Shown: positions 32,879 to 42,263, counted from the first letter of the stretch. The stretch is 64,000 nt of DNA from Nitrosomonadaceae bacterium (GCA_002721545.1 PBKR01000030.1:5150-69149), one strand, 5' to 3'. Notes: a model not told the origin generated them from the letters alone. Numbers and translations: made by a program.

Positions 32879-33235
32879 ATGGTTCGTCCATTGTTTATCT
32901 TTATATTTGTCATGGCTTTTTTTTCGTCTGTTGTAGTTGCAGAAGAGAAAAATAGTTCAAATTCTTTTATTTCAGAGTATCCCGCACATACTTGTACTCT
33001 TCCTCCTCCTAAGCCAGATGAATTGAGAGAATTTACTGGAAAAAGAGATGTAGAAAAGGAGGTAGAGAAATATAATACTTACGTAGCAGAATATAATGTT
33101 CAGGTAGATGACTATAATGCAAAAACAGAAATATATAGAAGCTGTATAAAAGAATATATAGATAGTGCAAAAAAAGATATGGAGAAAATTAATAAAAAAA
33201 TAACTGATGCAATACAGGAGGCAAATTCACAGTAA
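32879..33235 (+). CDS. hypothetical secreted coiled-coil protein
   Basis: GGAGGAG lies before ATG 32879. Signal peptide (..SSVVVA/EEK), Lys/Glu-rich remainder. No family recognised. Confidence 0.45.
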   Translation: MVRPLFIFIFVMAFFSSVVVAEEKNSSNSFISEYPAHTCTLPPPKPDELREFTGKRDVEKEVEKYNTYVAEYNVQVDDYNAKTEIYRSCIKEYIDSAKKDMEKINKKITDAIQEANSQ

Positions 33236-33397
33236 CTAAGATAGTGGAAAATTATTTGAGCTAAATGGCAGTAGTTTTACGGATTGCAATAAGGATGTTC
33301 TTGCCAGTTTAATATGCTTTCCACATACAGTAACGCATTCAAAAGTTAAGTGATCAGTGAGAAACTTGTTCCAAGAATTTTTTCGCTAAGAGAGGGG

Positions 33398-34882
33398 TTA
33401 TGTGCCACAGAAAGTTTCATGAACAATTTGTTCTGGTCGTGGTGCTCGAGCATATTTTTCCAGCGCTGCTTGGTATTCAAAGGGTTGCTTTACAACATCT
33501 ATAAGTTGATGAAAAAGATTAAAATCTTTATTCTCTACAGCTGCTTTGATAGCCTCTTCAATAAGATGGTTACGAGGGATAAAGGCGGGGTTCAGTGTAT
33601 ACATTTCAGTTTGTCTTTTTTTAGGGGACTGTGTGCTTTTTGCTAATCTTTTTTTCCAGATTTTTAGCCAATAATTGAATTTTTCAGAACAAATGATAAG
33701 AGTTCCTATATTTGTCTTAGTATCATTACCTGCTAGATCTGATAGATATCGAAAGGTTAAAGTATAATCCATTTTATCCTTAGCCATTATATCGAGTAAG
33801 TCTTTAGTGAGTTTTATATCGCCTCGCATATTATGACGTAAGCCAAGTTTCATCATCATGCCAGTTTGATATGATTCTGTTAATAAATTCATATATTTAT
33901 CAAGAGCATCTTGTGCTAATTTTATGGCTCTTTCTCGATTATTATCCAAGAAAGGAATTAAAGTCTGAGCGAGTTGCATTAAATTCCAGCATCCGATGGC
34001 AGGTTGTTTGTTATAAGCATAACGACCATTGTGATCAATAGAACTAAATACAGCACCAGGATTAAATGTATCCATAAAAGCACATGGGCCATAATCAATT
34101 GTTTCTCCAGATAGCAGCATATTATCTGTATTCATAACTCCATGAATAAAACCTATCCTTTGCCAGGAAGAAATTAGGTGTGCCTGGCTTCTAATGACAG
34201 CATCGAGCATTGCAAGAACTGGATTTTCGTTGTTGGTAGCTTCGGGATAATGCCGTTTTATAACATGATTGATTAGAATTTTTAGGCTTTCTTGATCATC
34301 TCGAGAATAGAAGAATTCGAATGTACCGATACGGATATGACTTTTTGCAATACGGACAAGAATAGCACCGGGTAAAATATTTTGTCGATATACATGATCA
34401 CCAGTTGCAGCAGCAGCTAATATCCGTGTTGTAGAAATATGCAAAGAAGCCATGGCCTCACTTACTATGTATTCACGTAAAATAGGCCCTAATGGTGCAC
34501 GACCATCGCCTCCTCGCGAATAAGGAGTAGGACCAGAGCCTTTTAATTGAAAATCATAGCGCTCTTTTTGGTTGTCTAAAATTTCACCTAGTAGAATTGC
34601 GCGACCATCACCTAATTGTGGACTCCACATACCAAATTGATGCCCAGCATAAACAGTAGCAATTGGATCCCCCCCATCTGGGACTATATTGCCTGCAATT
34701 GTTGATACTCCTTCATTGGATTCTAACCATGTTGAATCAATGTTCAGTTTCTGAGCTAACGTATGATTGATTTTGATAAGAGAAGGTGCAGAAACAGGGA
34801 CTGGATTCTGGCGCGTATAAAATTGACTAGGCAGTCGAGCATAGCTGTTATCAAAATGGATAGGGGCTTTTGTTTTTAACAA
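33398..34882 (-). CDS. selO: protein adenylyltransferase (AMPylase) SelO
   Basis: SelO/YdiU pseudokinase features (FDNSYARLP, QLGDGRA, HGVMNTDNM). TTG start. Confidence 0.9.
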   Translation of the reverse strand: MLKTKAPIHFDNSYARLPSQFYTRQNPVPVSAPSLIKINHTLAQKLNIDSTWLESNEGVSTIAGNIVPDGGDPIATVYAGHQFGMWSPQLGDGRAILLGEILDNQKERYDFQLKGSGPTPYSRGGDGRAPLGPILREYIVSEAMASLHISTTRILAAAATGDHVYRQNILPGAILVRIAKSHIRIGTFEFFYSRDDQESLKILINHVIKRHYPEATNNENPVLAMLDAVIRSQAHLISSWQRIGFIHGVMNTDNMLLSGETIDYGPCAFMDTFNPGAVFSSIDHNGRYAYNKQPAIGCWNLMQLAQTLIPFLDNNRERAIKLAQDALDKYMNLLTESYQTGMMMKLGLRHNMRGDIKLTKDLLDIMAKDKMDYTLTFRYLSDLAGNDTKTNIGTLIICSEKFNYWLKIWKKRLAKSTQSPKKRQTEMYTLNPAFIPRNHLIEEAIKAAVENKDFNLFHQLIDVVKQPFEYQAALEKYARAPRPEQIVHETFCGT

Positions 34883-35276
34883 AGTTTTTATTAATTTTGC
34901 TAATAGGAGGAATGATCAAAATTATGGGCAGTATTTTGACGGCTAGTTTCATTTATGTAGGATGTATATATATTAAAGATGTTAGTTCGATGGCTCATAT
35001 GGAGCAGTATTTAGAAACTATTTTATTTAGTATATTTGTCAAATAAATGATAGAAATTATAGAAGAAACAGTACATTTTATACAAGTGATGTAAGAATTT
35101 TTGTATGAAAATGATCATATAGTTGTCTATTAGGGTTGCTATATTGCTCATAGATTTCATTTTTTGAGAGTAGTGACTAGCTATACTTCCATTGTTTTTT
35201 AACCTACCCCGATATATATTTTTATGATTTTGTTTCATTCTATTATTCGATAGGTAGTTTTAAAATAATAGAGTAT

Positions 35277-36278
35277 TTAATCTTTTAATTCCGCATAATT
35301 ATGCATATGCGCTTTTCTAATTATTTCCATTTCTTCATTAAATTTGTTTGCTACTTTTTTTCCTTGTAATTTTACAAATTCTAGGAATGCAAGTGTTACA
35401 GGAGACAATTTTTTATTCTTTGGGTGCACTAGATACCAGTATCGATGGATAGGAAGCCCTTGGACATCTAATATTGCAATTGGCCCCGATGTTCCTTCCA
35501 ATGCTAGTGAATGCATAGATAATATTGATACACCTAGTTCTGCTACAACTGCCTGCTTAAGCGCCTCATTACTGGCAAGTTCCATATGACCGTCTGGTGT
35601 TTTCAGTCCTTTGCTTGCAAATAGACGGTTGATGGCATCACGCGTACCTGAGCCTGGTTCACGAAGAATAAATGGTTCTTCAAGAAAGCGTTCGAGTGGA
35701 ATATTCGGTACGCCTGCTAATGGATGATTACAGCTTGCCATTGCGACTAATGGATTTGGTATGAACGGGTAAGATATAACATCAAGTTCCGGTGGTGGCT
35801 CGCCTAGAATGCATAGATCATCTTCATATCCAGTAAGGCGTTCTAGAATGTGTTCTCGATTTTCAATACTCAAGGAGAAATCAACATCCGGATGCAATCG
35901 GCCAAATTGACCAAGTAGATCTGGTACAAGGTATTGAGAAGAAGTAATGATAGCTAGACGTAAGTGCCCACATTTGACCCCTTTAATATCCGATATTTTT
36001 GCTTCAAGGTTAGTAATATTATCAAATATTTCCTGGCATATTGTATATACTTCGTTACCTGCTTCAGTTAGGTGAATTCGTATTCCTCTCTGCTCAAATA
36101 GCGGTAAACCAACGGTGTCAGCAAGTTTCTTGAGCTGCATTGATACAGTGGGCTGAGCTAAAAATAGCTCTTCTGATGCGCGTGTAAAGCTATTGTTGCG
36201 TGCCACAGACTCAAAGACTTGAAGTTGCCGTAAAGTTATGTGTCGCGCAAGGTTGCTTACTAAATTTGTAGACTTCAA
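35277..36278 (-). CDS. cbbR: LysR-family transcriptional regulator of the RuBisCO/carboxysome operon
   Basis: LysR wHTH (ITLRQLQVFESVARNNSFTRASEELFLAQPTVSMQLKKL). Divergent from cbbL, the classical CbbR arrangement. TTG start. Confidence 0.8.
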   Translation of the reverse strand: MKSTNLVSNLARHITLRQLQVFESVARNNSFTRASEELFLAQPTVSMQLKKLADTVGLPLFEQRGIRIHLTEAGNEVYTICQEIFDNITNLEAKISDIKGVKCGHLRLAIITSSQYLVPDLLGQFGRLHPDVDFSLSIENREHILERLTGYEDDLCILGEPPPELDVISYPFIPNPLVAMASCNHPLAGVPNIPLERFLEEPFILREPGSGTRDAINRLFASKGLKTPDGHMELASNEALKQAVVAELGVSILSMHSLALEGTSGPIAILDVQGLPIHRYWYLVHPKNKKLSPVTLAFLEFVKLQGKKVANKFNEEMEIIRKAHMHNYAELKD

Positions 36279-36742
36279 ACGTCTAATCCCCCATTTTTAA
36301 TAAGATAAAAATTGATAAATAAGTATCGATTGCAGAAAAACCAGAATAAGAAGTTTCAACTATTGCTAATGTATAGAGTATATATTCTGGATAGAATCAA
36401 AATGAAAATTGTAACCAAATCATATCTTGAGCTGTTCTCAAAATATTACAGCGCAAGAGATAAATACATAACATAACATACCTATAGACTAATATCTATA
36501 GATCATATCGAAAATATATATTTTCTATTGTAGTTTTTTTCTTTTATATTCCATATTAGAGTAATTCTAAGTTTTTAAAATTTTGATCACTATTATATTA
36601 ATTATAGAAAATATGATCAGAAACTTGACTGGTGATAATTAAATACGAAGCACAAGATAAGCGAATTATTTGGATTAAAGTAACTATATTTTACGGTTTT
36701 AGTTATTTACTAAGGTAAATATTAATTGTAGGAGAGGATCAT
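36279..36742. promoter_or_regulatory. cbbR-cbbL divergent control region
   Basis: Assignment by position only. 464-bp AT-rich spacer between divergent cbbR and cbbL. Contains ATTC-N6-GAAT (36384..36397), two CTATAG boxes 8 nt apart (36482..36501) and a perfect 16-bp palindrome GAAAATATATATTTTC (36510..36525). GGAGAGG RBS lies before the cbbL ATG. No binding site is proven. Confidence 0.5.
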
Positions 36743-38155
36743 ATGGCAGGAAAAACATACAAAGCTGGCGTCAAGGATTATCGTGATAGTTACTGGACAC
36801 CAAACTATATCCCCCTCGATACAGACTTGCTAGCTTGCTTTAAAATTGTAGCACAGGAGGGAGTTCCACATGAAGAGGCTGCTGCTGCAGTTGCTGCGGA
36901 ATCTTCTACAGGCACATGGACAACTGTGTGGACTGATTTGCTAACTGACATGGAATATTATAAGGGTCGTGCTTACCGGATTGAGCAGGTTCCAGGTGAT
37001 GATTCTGCATTCTATGCATTTGTTGCTTATCCTATTGATTTATTTGAAGAAGGTTCAGTTGTTAATGTGTTGACCTCATTGGTTGGTAATGTATTTGGTT
37101 TTAAAGCTATACGTAGTTTGCGACTAGAAGATGTACGCTTTCCGATCGCCTTTGTTAAGACCTGTGGTGGCCCACCAAATGGTATACAGGTGGAGCGTGA
37201 TCGCATGAATAAATATGGCCGTGCTTTGCTAGGTTGTACTATCAAGCCAAAGCTTGGCTTGTCTGCAAAGAACTATGGTATGGCTGTATATGAGTGCCTA
37301 CGTGGTGGTCTTGATTTTACTAAGGATGATGAGAATGTTAATAGTCAGCCATTTATGCGTTGGCGCCATCGTTTTGAATTTGTGATGGAAGCAGTTTTAA
37401 AGTCTCAAGCTGAAACTGGAGAACGTAAAGGTCACTATCTGAATGTAACTGCAGCAACGCCAGAAGAGATGTATAAAAGAGCTGAATTTGCAAAAGAGTT
37501 GGGTGCTCCAATTATAATGCATGATTATTTAACTGGTGGGCTCTGTGCTAATACTGGCTTAGCAAACTGGTGTCGTGATAATGGAATATTATTGCATATT
37601 CACCGTGCCATGCATGCTGTATTAGATCGTAATCCCTATCATGGGATCCATTTCCGAGTATTAACTAAGGTTTTAAGGTTGTCAGGTGGTGATCATTTAC
37701 ACTCTGGTACTGTAGTTGGTAAGTTAGAAGGGGATAGAAATGCAACCCTAGGCTGGATTGATTTGATGCGTGAATCATTTGTTCCAGAGAATAGAGAACG
37801 TGGTGTTTTCTTTGATCAAGATTGGGGTTCTATGCCTGGTGTGATACCAGTTGCTTCAGGCGGCATTCATGTTTGGCATATGCCTGCTCTCGTTAATATA
37901 TTTGGTGATGATTCCTGTTTACAATTTGGAGGGGGAACACTTGGCCATCCATGGGGTAATGCTGCAGGTGCCACTGCAAACCGAGTAGCCCTAGAAGCTT
38001 GTACTGATGCACGAAATCAGGGGCGTCCTGTAGAGCGTGAAGGGAAAGAAGTGTTAACCGAAGCTGCACAGCATTCACCTGAACTAAAAATTGCCATGGA
38101 GACATGGAAAGAAATTAAATTTGAATTCGATACTGTAGACAAGATTGATACATAA
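36743..38155 (+). CDS. cbbL: RuBisCO large subunit, form IA
   Basis: Full-length form I large chain ([22 protein letters not shown] with the carbamylated Lys, [11 protein letters not shown]). Carboxysome-linked, hence form IA. Confidence 0.97.
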   Translation: MAGKTYKAGVKDYRDSYWTPNYIPLDTDLLACFKIVAQEGVPHEEAAAAVAAESSTGTWTTVWTDLLTDMEYYKGRAYRIEQVPGDDSAFYAFVAYPIDLFEEGSVVNVLTSLVGNVFGFKAIRSLRLEDVRFPIAFVKTCGGPPNGIQVERDRMNKYGRALLGCTIKPKLGLSAKNYGMAVYECLRGGLDFTKDDENVNSQPFMRWRHRFEFVMEAVLKSQAETGERKGHYLNVTAATPEEMYKRAEFAKELGAPIIMHDYLTGGLCANTGLANWCRDNGILLHIHRAMHAVLDRNPYHGIHFRVLTKVLRLSGGDHLHSGTVVGKLEGDRNATLGWIDLMRESFVPENRERGVFFDQDWGSMPGVIPVASGGIHVWHMPALVNIFGDDSCLQFGGGTLGHPWGNAAGATANRVALEACTDARNQGRPVEREGKEVLTEAAQHSPELKIAMETWKEIKFEFDTVDKIDT

Positions 38156-38197
38156 ATATTATTACGTCAATTAAAATTGAAATTATGAGGTATAGCT

Positions 38198-38536
38198 ATG
38201 GATGAAGTCAGACCGTATAAAGCAACTGAACGTAGAGGAGAGACATTCTCATATCTGCCGCCATTCACACCTGAGAAGATTCGTAAGCATATTGCTTATA
38301 TGATTTCTCAAGGCTGGAATCCGGCTATTGAACATACTGAACCAGAAAAATTATTTTCTAATTTTTGGTATCTATGGAAGCTACCATTCTTTGGTGAGAA
38401 ATCAGTTGAAAAAGTAATGGCAGAAATAGATGCATGTCATCGTGCAAATTCAGGACATCTTGTACGTTTAACCGGATTTGATAATTACACACAATGCCGT
38501 GGCACAGCTTTTATTGTTCATCGTGGTGGACGTTAA
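38198..38536 (+). CDS. cbbS: RuBisCO small subunit
   Basis: Typical 112-aa form IA small chain (ETFSYLPP, QGWNPAIEH, FWYLWKLPFFG). Confidence 0.95.
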   Translation: MDEVRPYKATERRGETFSYLPPFTPEKIRKHIAYMISQGWNPAIEHTEPEKLFSNFWYLWKLPFFGEKSVEKVMAEIDACHRANSGHLVRLTGFDNYTQCRGTAFIVHRGGR

Positions 38537-38623
38537 ATATTAATAATATTATGTGTTTATAAAATAATTTTTGATTTTTTTAGTAAAAATATTAGATAAA
38601 ACTGAGATTAAATTTAACTATAA

Positions 38624-40768
38624 ATGAGTAAAAATATATCAAAATCTGACACCTTATTTGACGTCCAAACTGGACGTGATGCATCTCGTATGAGGCGTGC
38701 ACAACTAGTAGCTGGAAAAGTAGGCTTGCCACCTATTAAAGAACGTGTGCGTACAAATGAGCATAATGCTAAAAATAAAGAAGTGATTATTGAGCCTACA
38801 GATATATTGCCATCAGCTGTTATTGAAACTAAAAGCACTGATAAGACGTCATTAGTAGGCCGTGATGCATCCCGTGCTCGACGTGCAACATTAATCCAAG
38901 GTAAAAATGGAATATTGCAGTCTGCTGCAATTGAAACGAACTCAGGTTCTGTTTTGGATGAGGCTGATGAATGTACTGGTCAAGATGATTGCTCTTGTAG
39001 TGAGGAAAAAGAAGACCGATTATTTGCAAAGCCTATTCGTAGTGGAAGCAAAAATAAAGGGAACAGAAACAAAGGAAACCAAGCAAGAGTCAGGGATATT
39101 ACGACGCGGCCAAGTGGTCGTTTGCGTCAAGCTAATCCGGTTAAGTATCCACCTAAAGTGGCTGAAAGTGAAAGCTATGCAGGTCACAAAGTGACTGGAG
39201 TTCGTATTGGTCGGGGAGAGAATGTTACAGGAGATGAGCGCGGATCTTCCGTTCAAGTAACTGGTAATCAGTATATTGGAAAAGAGACTGGTTACAATCC
39301 TCGAGAAGGTGGTATTAAAGTTGGGGCTAGTAAAACATCTGGTGGACAAACTGTAACTGGGTCACAGGTACGTAGTAAGATAAGTATTACAGGAGATGAG
39401 TCTAATCCTGAATTAAATATTACTGGAGCGGCTGATCAGGAGCTGAATGATGATCTGTTGCAACATCGGGAGCAGGGGAGCGATGCTGCACAGACTCAGT
39501 TTCAACGGCAAAATGATCCGCATGGTCATACTGTATTTGGCGCCAATCTTGGGCGCTCTGTCAAAACAATTGGTTCTCGCAATCGCAACATTGAATATAG
39601 TAAAGAAGAATCTATGGGAGGACGTCCAATTACGGGTACTGCAGTTGGTCGAAGTGAACTAACAACCGGTGATGAAAGTGGATCTTGTCATGATATTACA
39701 GGTAGCCAGTATTTAATGCCGGCAGTAAAGCAGCCATTATGTGAAACTAATGGGCGCGAAGTACCAAAGAAAGTTGGTATTAGCCATACGTTGTACGGTA
39801 CACGTACAACTGGAACCCAAGTTGGCCAGCGTATACACCAATCTGGAAATATTACTGGTACAGCAGAAGAGGGTACTTGCCAAGATATTTCTGGTACTGA
39901 ATATTCCAGTGCTGAAGAGTATAAAAGCCACTGTGGAATAACACCTACTCGAGCTGGTAATGAAAATGGGGCTAATGCTTCAACATGGGGCGGGCAATAT
40001 GTGACAGGTGTAGATATAGAGCATAATGAACGCGTAACAGGAGATGAACCTGGCGCATGTAATGCGATTACTGGCACACCTTATGCGGGACCAAATCAGT
40101 ATCAGACTTTTTGTTCTGTTGAGAGCGAGAATAAAGCTGAGCAGTTGGTTTCACCAGAAATGGCATCAGGTAATCATGTTAGCGGTGATATTACGATCAA
40201 CGTTGATAAGGTTTCAGGTACACAACGAGGCAGTGAGAAAGATATTACGGGCACATCGTATTATTGTGCTAATCCCGATAAAGATATTAGTACAGATGTA
40301 ATGAAGAATCTTCAAAAAATAAACAACAGCTTTAGTGTAAAGACTCCACAACGAGAATATCAGGAACTAGCTGGTTTTGATGCTATCAATGCTCCAACTG
40401 CAGAAAGTCGTATTACTGGTGCGTTTTCGGTTGGTGAAGGAAAGGTTACTGGTAATAACGAATTTCGTTTTCACCCTAGATCAACGGCTGAGGCTAATGC
40501 ACGTGTAACGGGAGAAGGACGCGTGGAGGGTAGGACTATAACTGGTAGCGCGTGGACATCAAAAGATAATGTAACTGGAACCGAAGGTCATATTGCTGCT
40601 GAGCGTAATCCAAGTGAGCGGCAAGGTAGCTCACATGCTTTTGCCAACTCAAAACTATTTAAGGATAAGGGTAGCAAACCTGAGCCTACGCATCATGTTA
40701 CAGGGATGGTAGGTTGGTCACCTAAAACCTCTGCTCGTATTACATACTCAGGCGGAGCACATGGTTAA
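38624..40768 (+). CDS. csoS2: carboxysome scaffold protein CsoS2
   Basis: Basic, repeat-rich 714-aa protein. Two N-terminal RuBisCO-binding-type motifs (GRDASRMRRAQLVAGKVG and GRDASRARRATLIQGKNG), many [VI][TS]G triplets with Cys-containing middle repeats (SCHDITGSQY, TCQDISGTEY, ACNAITGTPY), and C-terminal VTG repeats. Confidence 0.9.
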   Translation: MSKNISKSDTLFDVQTGRDASRMRRAQLVAGKVGLPPIKERVRTNEHNAKNKEVIIEPTDILPSAVIETKSTDKTSLVGRDASRARRATLIQGKNGILQSAAIETNSGSVLDEADECTGQDDCSCSEEKEDRLFAKPIRSGSKNKGNRNKGNQARVRDITTRPSGRLRQANPVKYPPKVAESESYAGHKVTGVRIGRGENVTGDERGSSVQVTGNQYIGKETGYNPREGGIKVGASKTSGGQTVTGSQVRSKISITGDESNPELNITGAADQELNDDLLQHREQGSDAAQTQFQRQNDPHGHTVFGANLGRSVKTIGSRNRNIEYSKEESMGGRPITGTAVGRSELTTGDESGSCHDITGSQYLMPAVKQPLCETNGREVPKKVGISHTLYGTRTTGTQVGQRIHQSGNITGTAEEGTCQDISGTEYSSAEEYKSHCGITPTRAGNENGANASTWGGQYVTGVDIEHNERVTGDEPGACNAITGTPYAGPNQYQTFCSVESENKAEQLVSPEMASGNHVSGDITINVDKVSGTQRGSEKDITGTSYYCANPDKDISTDVMKNLQKINNSFSVKTPQREYQELAGFDAINAPTAESRITGAFSVGEGKVTGNNEFRFHPRSTAEANARVTGEGRVEGRTITGSAWTSKDNVTGTEGHIAAERNPSERQGSSHAFANSKLFKDKGSKPEPTHHVTGMVGWSPKTSARITYSGGAHG

Positions 40769-40892
40769 TGTTATTAAGGTTATTAATGGTTAAATCAGAG
40801 CAGACAAAAGAACAAGATATGAGTAAGAACGTGTATGGACGCTCACAGTTTTGTGTTTCTCTGCAAGGAAGTAATCATACGGAATCAATACA

Positions 40893-41165
40893 ATGAAAAT
40901 TTGCCAAGTAGAAGAGACATTAGTAGCGACAGCACGTATTGGACAGCTTGGTACCCGCCGCTTGTTGGTGGTTAGGGAAAGAGATAGCGCTAGTAGGCAG
41001 GTAGCAGTTGATCCAGTTGGTTGTAAGGAAGGTGACTGGGTAATAGTTGCTGGTAGTTCAGCTGCCCGAGCTGCTGCAGGTAGTAATGATTATCCAAGTG
41101 ATTTCACTATTGTTGGGATTATCGATTATTGGGAAGAAGAATTAAATAGTGGAAAAAAGAAGTAG
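40893..41165 (+). CDS. csoS4A: carboxysome vertex (pentamer) protein CsoS4A, EutN/CcmL family
   Basis: Close to CsoS4A as I recall it from Halothiobacillus (MKI.QVE.TLV...RI, RQVAVD..GC..GDWV, GSSAAR.AAGS..YPSD.TI.GIID.W). Confidence 0.85.
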   Translation: MKICQVEETLVATARIGQLGTRRLLVVRERDSASRQVAVDPVGCKEGDWVIVAGSSAARAAAGSNDYPSDFTIVGIIDYWEEELNSGKKK

Positions 41166-41170
41166 GTTAA

Positions 41171-41425
41171 ATGGATATACAACGTGTTGTGCGAGATTTG
41201 GTTACGACAAAGCGTAATTCTTGGTTAGCTTCCAAATCATTACGTGTCGTTGAAGATGCTTCGGGTACTTTGAGTGTTGCGTTGGATCCTGTTGGCTGTA
41301 AGCCGGGCGATTTTGTCATTACTATGGGGGGAACAGCTGCAAGATTAGCTACTGATAATCCAAAAATTACTACCGATCTAACTATCGGCGGGATTATTGA
41401 TCATTGGAGCGAAGATGATTGGTAA
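41171..41425 (+). CDS. csoS4B: carboxysome vertex protein CsoS4B, EutN/CcmL family
   Basis: CsoS4B-like sequence (LRV.EDA.G..SVA.DP.G...G..V....G.AAR, TDLTIGGIIDHW). Confidence 0.85.
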   Translation: MDIQRVVRDLVTTKRNSWLASKSLRVVEDASGTLSVALDPVGCKPGDFVITMGGTAARLATDNPKITTDLTIGGIIDHWSEDDW

Positions 41426-41518
41426 ATTAAAGATGGGGAATTCTTCGGCAATTATGTCGCAACTTTTATAAGTAGTATTTGATTTGGCAATTTTAACTTT
41501 AACGGTAGGAGAATAGAA

Positions 41519-41800
41519 ATGGCAAATGAAAAAATGGGTATAGCGTTAGGGATGATTGAAACGCGTGGCTTAGTTCCGGCAATTGAGGCAGCTGATGCCA
41601 TGACTAAAGCATCTGAAGTTCGTCTTATTGGGCGGCAATTTGTTGGTGGTGGTTATGTCACCATATTGGTTCGTGGTGAAACTGGTGCTGTGAATGCTGC
41701 AGTTCGTGCTGGTGCTGATGCTTGTGAACGTGTTGGTGATGGTTTAGCAGCTGCACATATAATTGCTCGTCCACATACAGAAGTAGAACAGATTTTATAA
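41519..41800 (+). CDS. csoS1: carboxysome shell hexamer protein CsoS1 (BMC-H), copy 1
   Basis: Canonical BMC domain GIALGMIETRGLVPAIEAADAMTKASEVRLIGRQFVGGGYVT..VRGETGAVNAAVRAGADA. Confidence 0.95.
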   Translation: MANEKMGIALGMIETRGLVPAIEAADAMTKASEVRLIGRQFVGGGYVTILVRGETGAVNAAVRAGADACERVGDGLAAAHIIARPHTEVEQIL

Positions 41801-41818
41801 GGCCAAAGGAGTTAAATT

Positions 41819-42151
41819 ATGGCAAACGAAAAATTGGGTATAGCATTAGGGATGATCGAAACTCGTGGTTTGGTTCCAGCAGTAGAAGCAGCTGATGCTA
41901 TGACTAAAGCATCAGAGGTTCGTCTTATTGGGCGGCAATTTGTTGGTGGTGGTTATGTCACCATATTGGTTCGTGGTGAAACTGGTGCTGTGAACGCAGC
42001 AGTTCGTGCTGGTGCCGACGCTTGTGAACGCGTTGGTGATGGTTTGGCTGCAGCACATATTATTGCGCGCCCTGATAGTGAAATAGAACCGATTCTTACG
42101 GTTAAAGCTACTGCTCAAGGTGGTCGTGATAGTGAAGTTACTGGTAAATAG
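41819..42151 (+). CDS. csoS1: carboxysome shell hexamer protein CsoS1 (BMC-H), copy 2 with C-terminal extension
   Basis: Near-identical to copy 1 over about 90 aa, plus a 17-aa tail (TVKATAQGGRDSEVTGK) reminiscent of CsoS1B-type extensions. Confidence 0.95.
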   Translation: MANEKLGIALGMIETRGLVPAVEAADAMTKASEVRLIGRQFVGGGYVTILVRGETGAVNAAVRAGADACERVGDGLAAAHIIARPDSEIEPILTVKATAQGGRDSEVTGK

Positions 42152-42228
42152 AGCTGATACAGTTTAGTTTTTTATAATAGTATAAAATATTTTAATAATA
42201 TAGTTATACCAAGTAAATTATGTTTATG

Positions 42229-42263
42229 TAGTAGTTGTTGAATTACAATTCTAGCAACTACTA
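42229..42263 (+). terminator. imperfect long hairpin after the csoS1 genes (possible intra-operon attenuator or RNA-stability element)
   Basis: TAGTAGTTG..TGAATT-AC-AATTC..CAACTACTA: 9-bp outer stem plus 5-6-bp inner stem. The following T-tract is weak (TATTATT). Confidence 0.3.

Noticed and set aside
33350-33646. 98-aa plus-strand ORF at the selO 3' end.
   Set aside because: It overlaps the conserved C-terminus of selO on the other strand and has no RBS.
35023-35238. 71-aa minus-strand ORF between selO and cbbR.
   Set aside because: AT-rich low-complexity translation (Tyr/Phe/Lys/Asn rich) with no RBS. More likely the selO promoter region.
38614-40301. Nine alternative-frame or antisense ORFs of 63-129 aa listed across csoS2 (for example 38614..38838-, 39020..39349-, 39688..40077-, 40044..40301+).
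   Set aside because: All lie inside the csoS2 reading frame, which has clear family features along its whole length. The shadow ORFs have no motifs or RBS and probably reflect the repetitive, stop-poor composition of csoS2.
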